From a virus (taxonomy: Duplodnaviria > Heunggongvirae > Uroviricota > Caudoviricetes): a stretch of 64,000 bases of DNA. Below the pieces are notes generated by a model, which searched no databases, was not told where the DNA came from, and saw nothing but the letters and a program-made list of their open reading frames with translations. The position numbers were made by a program, and so were the translations under genes. The stretch lies in IMG/VR virus record IMGVR_UViG_3300044712_000123. One strand, given 5' to 3'. Below are positions 8,945 through 15,982 of this stretch, piece after piece (positions within the stretch are counted from its first letter, which is position 1; every line of letters starts with the position of its first letter).

Positions 8945-9376
8945 ATGAAAAAACTAACATACAACTGTGTTAACTGCGGTAAAGAAAATAAATGGGGTGA
9001 CAGTAAAGTAAACAAGTATTGTGATAATGCTTGTCATGCCCAACATCGTAGAAAGATAATCCTTGAAGATTGGTTATCAGGAACTTACTTCAATAAAAAA
9101 GGTGTTCCACCTGAGGTAGCTAAAGAGTGGATTAGTGAACAACAGAATCACTCTTGTCTATTGTGCGGTATTACTGAATGGAATGGAAGTTCTATTGTCT
9201 TTCAGTTTGACCATATTGACGGTGATCCTGACCACAACACTAAAGAAAACATTAGAATGTTGTGTCCAAACTGTCATTCTCAAACAGAGACATACGGTGT
9301 AAAGAATAAAAAAGCGTCAGAAAGTAGACGGAATGTTTACAGACGAGAAAATTATAAAGATAAAAAGTCTCCGTAA
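8945..9376 (+). CDS. Freestanding HNH homing endonuclease
   Basis: CxxC, CLLCG..FQFDHIDGDPDHNTKENIRMLCPNCHSQT; stop codon lies inside tRNA-Arg. Confidence 0.9.
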   Translation: MKKLTYNCVNCGKENKWGDSKVNKYCDNACHAQHRRKIILEDWLSGTYFNKKGVPPEVAKEWISEQQNHSCLLCGITEWNGSSIVFQFDHIDGDPDHNTKENIRMLCPNCHSQTETYGVKNKKASESRRNVYRRENYKDKKSP

Positions 9377-9443
9377 CTCAGTGGATTAGAGTACTTGCCT
9401 ACGAAGTAAGGAGTCGGGAGTTCGAATCTCTCCGGAGACGCCA
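9367..9443 (+). tRNA. tRNA-Arg(ACG)
   Basis: CTTGC ctACGaa GTAAG, GTCTCCG/CGGAGAC, CCA. Confidence 0.92.
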
Positions 9444-9450
9444 AGATTAT

Positions 9451-9527
9451 CCTTGAGTTAAGCGGGGCCGCGTTACGGCCTTGCAAATAGTTAGTAATGT
9501 GTACTGCAACTTACACCTCAAGGTCCA
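9451..9527 (+). ncRNA. CCA-terminated non-cloverleaf RNA
   Basis: CCTTGAG/CTCAAGG-T-CCA; GGCCG/CGGCC and TTGCA/TGCAA hairpins; no TTCG loop. Confidence 0.55.
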
Positions 9528-9535
9528 GTTTTAAT

Positions 9536-9612
9536 GCGTGGTTAGCTCAGTTTGGTAGAGCAGTAGGTTGCCAACTTACAGGTCGCAGGTTCGAACCCTG
9601 TACCCCGCACCA
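9536..9612 (+). tRNA. tRNA-Gly(GCC)
   Basis: GTAGG ttGCCaa CTTAC, CCA. Confidence 0.92.
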
Positions 9613-9617
9613 GTTTT

Positions 9618-9678
9618 AGGATCGGTTCAGCAACTCAAAAGCTAACTTTGGATGTCTAGCGACAAAAACGATCCTGTT
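9618..9678 (+). ncRNA. CAGCAA-module RNA (short; possible Gln TTG loop)
   Basis: AGGATCG-GTTCAGCAA ... AAAAA-CGATCCT-GTT. Confidence 0.7.
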
Positions 9679-9703
9679 TTATTTTCTCTAAGTTTACTTA
9701 GGT

Positions 9704-9774
9704 GTGGCCATGTTGTAATGGTAGCAACCTAGACTGTGACTCTGGTAGTTCGGGTTCGAGCCCCGATGGTCACC
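9704..9774 (+). tRNA. tRNA-His(GTG), no encoded CCA, acceptor extended by a 10-bp flanking stem
   Basis: CTAGA ctGTGac TCTGG; TTTACTTAGG (9693-9702) / CCTAAGTAAA (9775-84). Confidence 0.8.
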
Positions 9775-9787
9775 CCTAAGTAAATTT

Positions 9788-9861
9788 GCTCTTATAGTTC
9801 AATGGTAGAACACATTCTTGGTACGAATGAAATCTAAGTTCGATTCTTAGTTTGAGCACCA
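9788..9861 (+). tRNA. tRNA-Thr(GGT)
   Basis: CATTC ttGGTac GAATG, CCA. Confidence 0.9.
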
Positions 9862-9869
9862 AATTTTAT

Positions 9870-9946
9870 GCATGGATGACAGAGTGGCCTAATGTGACTG
9901 ATTGCAAACCAGTTTTTCGTGAGTTCGAATCTCACTCCATGTTCCA
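9870..9946 (+). tRNA. tRNA-Cys(GCA)
   Basis: ACTGA ttGCAaa CCAGT, U73, CCA. Confidence 0.88.
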
Positions 9947-9954
9947 ATTTTAAT

Positions 9955-10028
9955 GCGTGGTTAGTTTAATGGTAAAATAGGACGTTGCCAACGTCTTGTC
10001 AAGAGTTCGATTCTCTTACCCCGCACCA
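9955..10028 (+). tRNA. tRNA-Gly(GCC)
   Basis: GGACG ttGCCaa CGTCT, CCA. Confidence 0.9.
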
Positions 10029-10034
10029 ATCAAT

Positions 10035-10154
10035 GCCGCTGTCGTCTAATTGGCTAGGACGCTTAAAAAGGTGACTCTGACAAGAGTACATACAGCAACA
10101 TAAAAATTCCATTCTAAGGAAGTTATGGAGGTTCGAATCCTTCCGGCGGCACCA
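10035..10154 (+). tRNA. tRNA-Arg(TCT) interrupted by a 44-nt CAGCAA-module insertion
   Basis: Removing 10063-10106 gives a 76-nt cloverleaf (CTTCC atTCTaa GGAAG, GCCGCTG/CGGCGGC-A-CCA). Confidence 0.75.
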
Positions 10155-10159
10155 GTTTT

Positions 10160-10282
10160 AGGATACATTCAGCAACTAATACTTACGTCAACTAGCGTGT
10201 TGAGAGTTCGAACCTCTCCTTCGTTCTTATGGACGATGTAGCTCAATTGGTAGAGCAGCCAGCAAGTAAAAAGTATCCTGTC
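10160..10282 (+). ncRNA. CAGCAA-module RNA carrying a circularly permuted tRNA (T-arm, looped acceptor, D-arm)
   Basis: AGGATAC..GAGAG ttcgaac CTCTC-CTTCGTT/GACGATG-TAGCTC aattggta GAGC..GTATCCT. Confidence 0.75.
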
Positions 10283-10289
10283 TTATTAT

Positions 10290-10364
10290 GCTCCATTAGT
10301 TCACGTGGTAGAATAACGGTTTTGTAGTCCGTAGAAGGCAGTTCAAGTCTGTCATGGAGCACCA
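10290..10364 (+). tRNA. tRNA-Thr(TGT)
   Basis: ACGG-t ttTGTag t-CCGT, CCA. Confidence 0.85.
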
Positions 10365-11047
10365 ATTATGTTCAGTAAGTTGTCGGCAAATTGTTTATTG
10401 TTGCCCACACCAGAATGCATTAAATCTCTTGCCGCATCCTTTATTGGATCGTTGTCAACTTCCTTTGCAATAATAAATTTTGATTTTATCTTATTGCACA
10501 ATAATTCTATAGCACCGAGATTTTTCTCCTCATTGAGAATATGATTATATTCACATGAGAACCATTCTTTGTAGTTTGCAACTGACATAGATGAATGAGG
10601 ATTATGTGCTATAGGTCTAGTACTATAGTTAAACATTTCAAATCTAGCCGGATCAGGTGGCCGTATGACTACGATCTTTGGTTTTAGCCGATCGATGTAG
10701 TAGCTAGCTAAACGATACGCAGTATCACTAGAGCAGCCTCCCTGACCTAAGTTAACGCACTTCAGTTTTAATGCTTTTGCTGTTTGGTATGCCCAAGTAG
10801 CTTCAAGCGGCAGACCCACACCTAATGTATGACTACAACCTAAAAACATAATAGAGTCATCATCGGTAAATTCGTCACATCTAAACCCGTGACTATTAAA
10901 TTTATATGTGAAGGATGCATCTATCCAACCGTTAGATTGTAATCCTTCATAGTTGTTTTTTAGATTATCTAAGTATTGTGTTTTACTGTCAGTGCCCAGC
11001 CATTGGGACTCTTTAAAACTGTAAAACGAAAATGATCTGAAATTCAT
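10352..11047 (-). CDS. Hypothetical protein, SGNH/GDSL-hydrolase-like
   Basis: FNSHGFRCDEF..FLGCSHTLGVGL..NLGQGGCS..DLMHSG; stop overlaps tRNA-Thr antisense. Confidence 0.65.
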   Translation of the reverse strand: MNFRSFSFYSFKESQWLGTDSKTQYLDNLKNNYEGLQSNGWIDASFTYKFNSHGFRCDEFTDDDSIMFLGCSHTLGVGLPLEATWAYQTAKALKLKCVNLGQGGCSSDTAYRLASYYIDRLKPKIVVIRPPDPARFEMFNYSTRPIAHNPHSSMSVANYKEWFSCEYNHILNEEKNLGAIELLCNKIKSKFIIAKEVDNDPIKDAARDLMHSGVGNNKQFADNLLNIIGAP

Positions 11048-11061
11048 TGTGTATTTATTAT

Positions 11062-11136
11062 GGAAGTATAGCACAGCGGTAGTGCATCTCCTTCATACGG
11101 AGCAGGTCAGTAGTTCGAATCTACTTACTTCCACCA
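11062..11136 (+). tRNA. tRNA(CAT): elongator Met or Ile2
   Basis: CTCC ttCATac GGAG, G1-C72, CCA. Confidence 0.85.
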
Positions 11137-11305
11137 ATCAGTTGAGACAACGTATCAGGCACAAATGGTGTCTTTTGTTTGTTATCAAACAATGGAACAA
11201 AAGTTTTTACAGTAGTGTAACTCTTTGAGTTTACATACTTGTATTGGCGGGCAACTTCGAATAGTTCGTTTATGCCATGATTAACTTTTTCCATACAATA
11301 TTTAT

Positions 11306-11379
11306 GCCCGGGTAGTTAAATGGAATAACACACCCCTGATAAGGGTGAGTAGCAAGTTCAATTCTTGCTCTGGGTACCA
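11306..11379 (+). tRNA. tRNA-Ile(GAT)
   Basis: CACCC ctGATaa GGGTG, CCA. Confidence 0.9.
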
Positions 11380-11386
11380 AGATTTC

Positions 11387-11463
11387 GCCTCAATAGCTCA
11401 GTTGGTTAGAGCAATGTGTTGATAACGCATAGGTCCCTGGTTCGAGTCCAGGTTGCGGCACCA
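11387..11463 (+). tRNA. tRNA-Ile(GAT)
   Basis: ATGTG ttGATaa CGCAT, CCA. Confidence 0.9.
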
Positions 11464-11467
11464 AGTT

Positions 11468-11569
11468 TTGTCATAGTGTAATGAGAATGCACGGGATCGC
11501 CACATAAATCTTTTTAAGTAAAGCGGTGGAACAAGGTTCAGGTACGGTAAAAACCCGTAGCGACAATCA
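11468..11569 (+). ncRNA. Degenerate tRNA-like RNA with enlarged central arm
   Basis: TTGTC/GACAA stem, D-like TAGTGTAATG..GCAC, TACGG taaaaac CCGTA in T position. Confidence 0.35.
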
Positions 11570-11572
11570 AAT

Positions 11573-11693
11573 TTCGTGATAGACGGTGGGCTTGAGTCCC
11601 AAGTAGCAGGCGTTTAAGTACGCATTGGTTTGACTGTGAAGTATGGTTTGTTAAAACTCGCTCATTCGAGACAACACCGAAAGGTGTCACGAA
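11573..11693 (+). ncRNA. Stem-closed structured RNA of unknown type
   Basis: TTCGTGA/TCACGAA closure; ACACC gaaa GGTGT and TGGG..CCCA hairpins. Confidence 0.4.
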
Positions 11694-11703
11694 AATCTAT
11701 AAT

Positions 11704-11779
11704 GCACCTTTAGCTGATATGGTTATAGCGGCGGTCTGAAAAATCGTAGAAGTTGGTTCGATTCCAACAGGGTGCACCA
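11704..11779 (+). tRNA. tRNA-Phe(GAA)
   Basis: GCGGT ctGAAaa ATCGT, CCA. Confidence 0.88.
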
Positions 11780-11786
11780 AACAAAT

Positions 11787-11878
11787 GGAAAGTAATGCAG
11801 CGGGGATGGTCCTGCGACTGGCCTTGAAAACCAGGTTCTCTTAACGGGGATGGGGTTCGACTCCTCTGCTTTCCGCCA
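11787..11878 (+). tRNA. tRNA-Ser(TGA)
   Basis: CTGG ctTGAaa CCAG, long variable arm, G73, CCA. Confidence 0.85.
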
Positions 11879-11884
11879 AACAAT

Positions 11885-11977
11885 GGGGTGTCTGGAGACG
11901 ATCAGGTTCGATTCCTGTTTAAGGTGGTCCAAGTCAGCGCGCGGCACGTTAGGGTTCGATTCCCTCTCACTCCACCA
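11885..11977 (+). ncRNA. Anticodon-less Ala-identity tRNA-like RNA with two T-loops
   Basis: GGGGTG/CACTCC-A-CCA with G3.U70; CAGG ttcgatt CCTG and AGGG ttcgatt CCCT. Confidence 0.6.
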
Positions 11978-11983
11978 AGTTAC

Positions 11984-12040
11984 GGGACAAAAAAATAGAT
12001 GCTGACAAGTATCTTAACTGCAATCAAAACTGTCCCGCCA
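11984..12040 (+). ncRNA. CCA minihelix carrying a permuted CAGCAA-like module
   Basis: GGGACA..AAAAAAT-AGATGCT gaca AGTATCT-TAACTGCAA-TCAAAAC..TGTCCC-G-CCA. Confidence 0.65.
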
Positions 12041-12048
12041 AACAATAT

Positions 12049-12125
12049 CTCTGTGTAGCTCAGATTGGTAGAGCGCAAGTTCGGGGAACTTGAGGCCGCA
12101 GGTTCAAGCCCTGTCACGGAGACCA
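12049..12125 (+). tRNA. tRNA-Pro(GGG)
   Basis: CAAGT tcGGGga ACTTG, C1-G72 A73, CCA. Confidence 0.85.
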
Positions 12126-12131
12126 AATTAT

Positions 12132-12206
12132 GGATGATTATTTCAGCGGTAGAATACTTCGTTGACATCGAAGAGGTCAGTGGTTCGATCCCACTATCAT
12201 CCACCA
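12132..12206 (+). tRNA. tRNA-Val(GAC)
   Basis: CTTCG ttGACat CGAAG, CCA. Confidence 0.9.
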
Positions 12207-12213
12207 AGCATAT

Positions 12214-12290
12214 GCCCCTGTGATGGAATTGGTATACATACTAGTTTGAGAGACTAGGTTCTGCAGGTTCAAGTCCTGTCTCGGGCACCA
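12214..12290 (+). tRNA. tRNA-Leu(GAG), short variable loop
   Basis: CTAGT ttGAGag ACTAG, Leu-type D-loop, CCA. Confidence 0.85.
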
Positions 12291-12304
12291 ATAAGGAGAA
12301 GAAG

Positions 12305-12478
12305 ATGAAAACAATTTACTTTGAAAACGTAAGAAACAAAGAAAAGTTCTTCTGCAAAAATCTGAAGGACATTCAAAAGATTGACGGCGTAGATTATCTA
12401 CGTGTGTTCAAGATGGGAACTCAGCGTGATTGTCTAGTTAAATTAGATAGTCTCAGAAAGATTCCAGAAACAAAATAA
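12305..12478 (+). CDS. Small hypothetical protein (57 aa)
   Basis: AGGAG RBS; MKTIYFENVRNKEKFFC...; stop abuts tRNA-Phe. Confidence 0.7.
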   Translation: MKTIYFENVRNKEKFFCKNLKDIQKIDGVDYLRVFKMGTQRDCLVKLDSLRKIPETK

Positions 12479-12554
12479 GCCGATGTAGCTCAGTTGGTAG
12501 AGCAGCGGATTGAAAATCCGTGTCTCACTGGTTCAAACCCGGTCTTCGGCACCA
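12479..12554 (+). tRNA. tRNA-Phe(GAA)
   Basis: GCGGA ttGAAaa TCCGT, CCA. Confidence 0.92.
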
Positions 12555-12562
12555 AATCAAAT

Positions 12563-12640
12563 GCCCACGTGGACAAATTGGAAAAGTCACTTCTCTCAAA
12601 AGGAAGAGTTCTCTCGGTTCGACTCCGAGCGTGGGTACCA
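12563..12640 (+). tRNA. tRNA-Leu(CAA), short variable loop
   Basis: CTTCT ctCAAaa GGAAG, CCA. Confidence 0.85.
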
Positions 12641-12678
12641 ATATTCGATGTATTGTAGATTGGTTGATAAATAATTGT

Positions 12679-13224
12679 ATGTTGAATTACAAGATTTTAC
12701 CAGACTTTGTTTATAACTTTGCGGTAATGCCGCAAAGTACATACGATGCATTATCACGCCTTACGTTTCACTCGTGGGTAATTTTGCCTACTGTAGATCA
12801 CATGACTCCAGAAGGTATCGAGTACTTTAAAAGCAAAGATGTAATTTTTACAAACAATGTCACTTGCTGGAAATGTAGTTCAAACACCATTGGCCCTACT
12901 CATATAGATGCGATAGCACAGATGGGTTTTAATTTTGTGGTAAAGGGCAGTGGAAGAATGGAATGGATGCACTCGTCTGTTCCTCCGATCATGGGTGAAA
13001 ACAAGTTAACAACTGGTCAAACTGTCTACGCACCTACATTCCCAAATCAAGATGCACTAACTGTATTGGATACGTGGAATAGCACTGCAGGTGAATGTGC
13101 AGTAGTCAGGACACACACCCCACATAGGGTAGTTGCGACAGATGAACCTAGATACTGCTTGAGTTTCAGATTACATGCGGATCATAGTTCTGAAACATTT
13201 GACCAAATAGTTGAACGTTTCTGA
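12679..13224 (+). CDS. Hypothetical protein, cupin/2OG-oxygenase-like
   Basis: PTHID..VVRTHTPHRV..RYCLSFR; TAAATA upstream. Confidence 0.6.
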   Translation: MLNYKILPDFVYNFAVMPQSTYDALSRLTFHSWVILPTVDHMTPEGIEYFKSKDVIFTNNVTCWKCSSNTIGPTHIDAIAQMGFNFVVKGSGRMEWMHSSVPPIMGENKLTTGQTVYAPTFPNQDALTVLDTWNSTAGECAVVRTHTPHRVVATDEPRYCLSFRLHADHSSETFDQIVERF

Positions 13225-13302
13225 TTCAACACAATCGGTGAGAATCGCAAGATTCCTCAATAAATTTGACAAATAATGGTATTTGTCTTATAATCATAAC
13301 AT

Positions 13303-13377
13303 GGGTCGTTAACTCAGTGGAAGAGTTCTGGTCTTCGAAACCAGCAGTCACAAGTTCGAATCTTGTACGACCCTCCA
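13303..13377 (+). tRNA. tRNA-Arg(TCG)
   Basis: CTGGT ctTCGaa ACCAG, CCA; own TTGACA-17-TATAAT promoter at 13266. Confidence 0.9.
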
Positions 13378-13422
13378 AAGGAACATTAAATAAATGTAGA
13401 CAGTAACACAAGGAGTAATAGC

Positions 13423-13983
13423 ATGGCTGTTCTAGCACTAGATATTTCGGGAACTCCCCGGCAATGGATCTCATACGATGACGCAATCGCCTACCACGCA
13501 ACTGATTCAGTAGCATGGTCAATGGGCGAAATTGTTGCTAAGTATCATGGTGGCGTCCAAAAGGACGGATCACTGAGTTACCTAGAAACACCTAGCATCA
13601 TCGCTATTAAGGGACACGGGTACAACCCACATCGACACGCAAATGTAGCATTGACTAACCGAACCTTGTTCGGTCGAGACAGAAACGTTTGTGCATACTG
13701 TGGTGAACACTTCGCTAACTACAATCATCTAAGCCGCGACCATATCGTTCCACGATTCCATGGTGGCGAAAACACTTGGATGAACTGTGTTACTGCTTGC
13801 AAAGAATGTAACTCTAAAAAGGGTCACAAGACTTTGAAGGAAGCACGTATGGAACTGTTGTACGCTCCTTATGCGCCTAATCACTATGAAAACATGATTC
13901 TACAACATCGCACGATCCTCGCAGATCAGATGGAATACTTGATGGCAGGTGTGCCCAAGCATTCAAGAATCTTGCTTTCTTAG
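13423..13983 (+). CDS. HNH endonuclease
   Basis: RDRNVCAYCG..SRDHIVPRFHGGENTWMNCVTACKECNSKKG. Confidence 0.92.
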   Translation: MAVLALDISGTPRQWISYDDAIAYHATDSVAWSMGEIVAKYHGGVQKDGSLSYLETPSIIAIKGHGYNPHRHANVALTNRTLFGRDRNVCAYCGEHFANYNHLSRDHIVPRFHGGENTWMNCVTACKECNSKKGHKTLKEARMELLYAPYAPNHYENMILQHRTILADQMEYLMAGVPKHSRILLS

Positions 13984-14087
13984 GAAGAAATTATCACTGC
14001 GAGGCTTGACAAAAAAATCTCGCAGTGATATACTACATATAAATAAAAACGTGCAGTGAGTAACGACACTGCATTTCATCAACAAAT

Positions 14088-14164
14088 GCCGTTTTAGCTC
14101 AGTTGGCCAGAGCACTCGCCTTGTAAGCGATAGGTCCCCAGTTCGAATCCGGGAAGCGGCACCA
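14088..14164 (+). tRNA. tRNA-Thr(TGT)
   Basis: TCGC ctTGTaa GCGA, CCA. Confidence 0.92.
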
Positions 14165-14170
14165 ATTTAT

Positions 14171-14246
14171 TCTCCTATAGCTCAGTCGGTAGAGCGTTTG
14201 ACTGTTAATCAAAATGTCCGTGGTTCGAGCCCACGTAGGGGAGCCA
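14171..14246 (+). tRNA. tRNA-Asn(GTT)
   Basis: TTTGA ctGTTaa TCAAA, CCA. Confidence 0.92.
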
Positions 14247-14261
14247 AACAAAAATCAATCT

Positions 14262-14336
14262 CTGGCGTTCGTTCAACGGATAGGACATCATTCTTCTAAA
14301 GTGATTATAGGGGTTCGATTCCCTTACGCCGGACCA
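14262..14336 (+). tRNA. tRNA-Arg(TCT)
   Basis: TCATT ctTCTaa AGTGA, CCA. Confidence 0.9.
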
Positions 14337-14342
14337 AACAAC

Positions 14343-15419
14343 ATGTTCTTTTATGCAGGCACACACTGTGAGTTGTTAAACAAAGCCGACGAAGGCTTGT
14401 TTCTTGACAATGGCTGGATAAGACAAGATAACGTCTGGTTCAAAGGCTACAGCACAGAATGCGACATAAGTAAGAACGTTCAAGATATCATTGAAGGCTA
14501 TCAGCCACGAGGTATCTGGGCACTCATTCACAAGTCTGAAAATAGTTATACTGTACATCACAGTGAACTAAGAGGCTTTCCTCTTTTCAGAAACAAAGAC
14601 AACGAAACAACTAACATACCTAACTTGAATGGCTTTGAGTTAGAATATTGCCAAATAGACTGGTCAACCGACTTCACCGAACTTTCACTTGAGGAAGTTG
14701 TTGATAGAGTTAGATCAATACTAGTGGAAAACGTTGAAGGTGTTATCAAGTATAACACCATAGATAGAATGACTGTATTAGTCACGGGTGGATTAGATTC
14801 TACCTTAGCATGGGCAACGATTGATTCAATTAGTGATTATGATTTGGTAAAGTCTCCTACACAAAATCGTAGAGACTATACCTCACCACTGACTCAGTAC
14901 ATGAACACTAATCATTGGGCACATGCTATTGTGAACCTTTCAAACAAGGTCACATGGAATTTAACTGGGTTCAGTGCAGAAGCAATGACGGTCAGAAGAC
15001 CAGACATGTTTAACACGATTTGTAGATTCAATAACACTACGGTGTATGATTCTATATCGAGTAAAGATTACATGTATTATTTTTTGCATCGACCTAGTTG
15101 GAAGAAAATCTTTGAGGAACAAGATCACGTGGTCACAAACCTACGTGAAACATTACTCAAGCAAATTGATGTGGACTACTACATGTGGCACATTGATAAC
15201 AATTTTCACGTGAGTCCTTTCTATGACAAGCGCATCGCCGAAACGTGTGTACGATTGAAGATGGAAGACTTGATTGAAAATTGCAAGAACGGTACAGTCG
15301 AGCGATTGGTTTTGCAAAAGATCAAACCCCAGTACCTAGCTCTTGTAAGCGATTACAAGAATTACGGTAACGTGATGAAGAACTTTAGTACTCATTTTGA
15401 AATGGCTACTAAAGGTTGA
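14343..15419 (+). CDS. Asparagine-synthetase-like / PP-loop protein
   Basis: N-terminal WFKGY..RGFPL amidotransferase-like region; VLVTGGLDST; SPFYD. Confidence 0.6.
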   Translation: MFFYAGTHCELLNKADEGLFLDNGWIRQDNVWFKGYSTECDISKNVQDIIEGYQPRGIWALIHKSENSYTVHHSELRGFPLFRNKDNETTNIPNLNGFELEYCQIDWSTDFTELSLEEVVDRVRSILVENVEGVIKYNTIDRMTVLVTGGLDSTLAWATIDSISDYDLVKSPTQNRRDYTSPLTQYMNTNHWAHAIVNLSNKVTWNLTGFSAEAMTVRRPDMFNTICRFNNTTVYDSISSKDYMYYFLHRPSWKKIFEEQDHVVTNLRETLLKQIDVDYYMWHIDNNFHVSPFYDKRIAETCVRLKMEDLIENCKNGTVERLVLQKIKPQYLALVSDYKNYGNVMKNFSTHFEMATKG

Positions 15420-15486
15420 CAGTAAATATGATCGGTGATACAATCATAGCATGAGTTGAGAAATCAACAACGTTCTTTAAAAATTT
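15416..15486 (+). promoter_or_regulatory. sigma70 promoter followed by boxB-like hairpin and boxA-like sequence
   Basis: TTGACA-17-TACAAT; GTTGA gaaa TCAAC; CGTTCTTTAAAAATTT. Confidence 0.65.
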
Positions 15487-15692
15487 GTAGTGTAGTTTAG
15501 GCTGATGGACGGCAATCTGTTCGCAGTCTGATACTTGACTTCCTGAGACAGTAGCTTTGCCGAGCGAATCACAGGGAAGTTCGATATGGTGGAATTGGCA
15601 AACACAGGTGCTTTTGAAGGCGTCTGAGGTTAAACTCTTGTAGGTTCGAATCCTACTATCGATTTATCAAGCGTCAGCCTAAACTACATTAC
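15487..15692 (+). ncRNA. Long stem-bounded RNA containing a Leu-type tRNA body (15581-15662) with aberrant anticodon loop and no CCA
   Basis: GTAGTGTAGTTTAGGCTGATG / CGTCAGCCTAAACTACATTAC; GGTGGAATTGGCAAACAC; GTAGG ttcgaat CCTAC. Confidence 0.6.
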
Positions 15693-15700
15693 AAAGTACT

Positions 15701-15837
15701 CAAACTATTTCTAAGTGTCTTATCGTCTAGAGGCTTAGGACGCAAGGGCCCACACAGTGAAGTCATAGTAACTGTATGGTGGGAATCGCCAGTGAAACGA
15801 TGGTTCGAATCCATCTAAAATACTTAAAAATAGTTTG
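15701..15837 (+). ncRNA. Stem-bounded tRNA-like RNA with anticodon arm replaced by a long hairpin
   Basis: CAAACTATTT/AAATAGTTTG; D-arm CGTCT..AGGACG; GATGG ttcgaat CCATC. Confidence 0.55.
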
Positions 15838-15882
15838 ACAATAAATCGGTGCTATGATACAATCATAGCATGAGTTGAGAAA
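15835..15882 (+). promoter_or_regulatory. sigma70 promoter, repeat copy 2
   Basis: TTGACAATAAAT..TGATACAATCATAGCATGAGTTGAGAAA; last 28 nt identical to copies at 15436 and 16003. Confidence 0.65.
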
Positions 15883-15982
15883 TCTGTTTAAAAACAGTGT
15901 GACGTAGGTTGATGCTACTCTAGGGTAGACTGATACAGAGTAACAAGCTAGTGGAAATCACACATTAAACTAGCTAAACAGG

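Noticed and set aside
10063-10106. Group I intron or BHB intron in tRNA-Arg
   Set aside because: 44 nt is far too short for group I; no bulge-helix-bulge; site is not 37/38.
11885-11977. Full tmRNA (ssrA)
   Set aside because: Only 93 nt with no tag ORF or pseudoknots; no partner piece identified.
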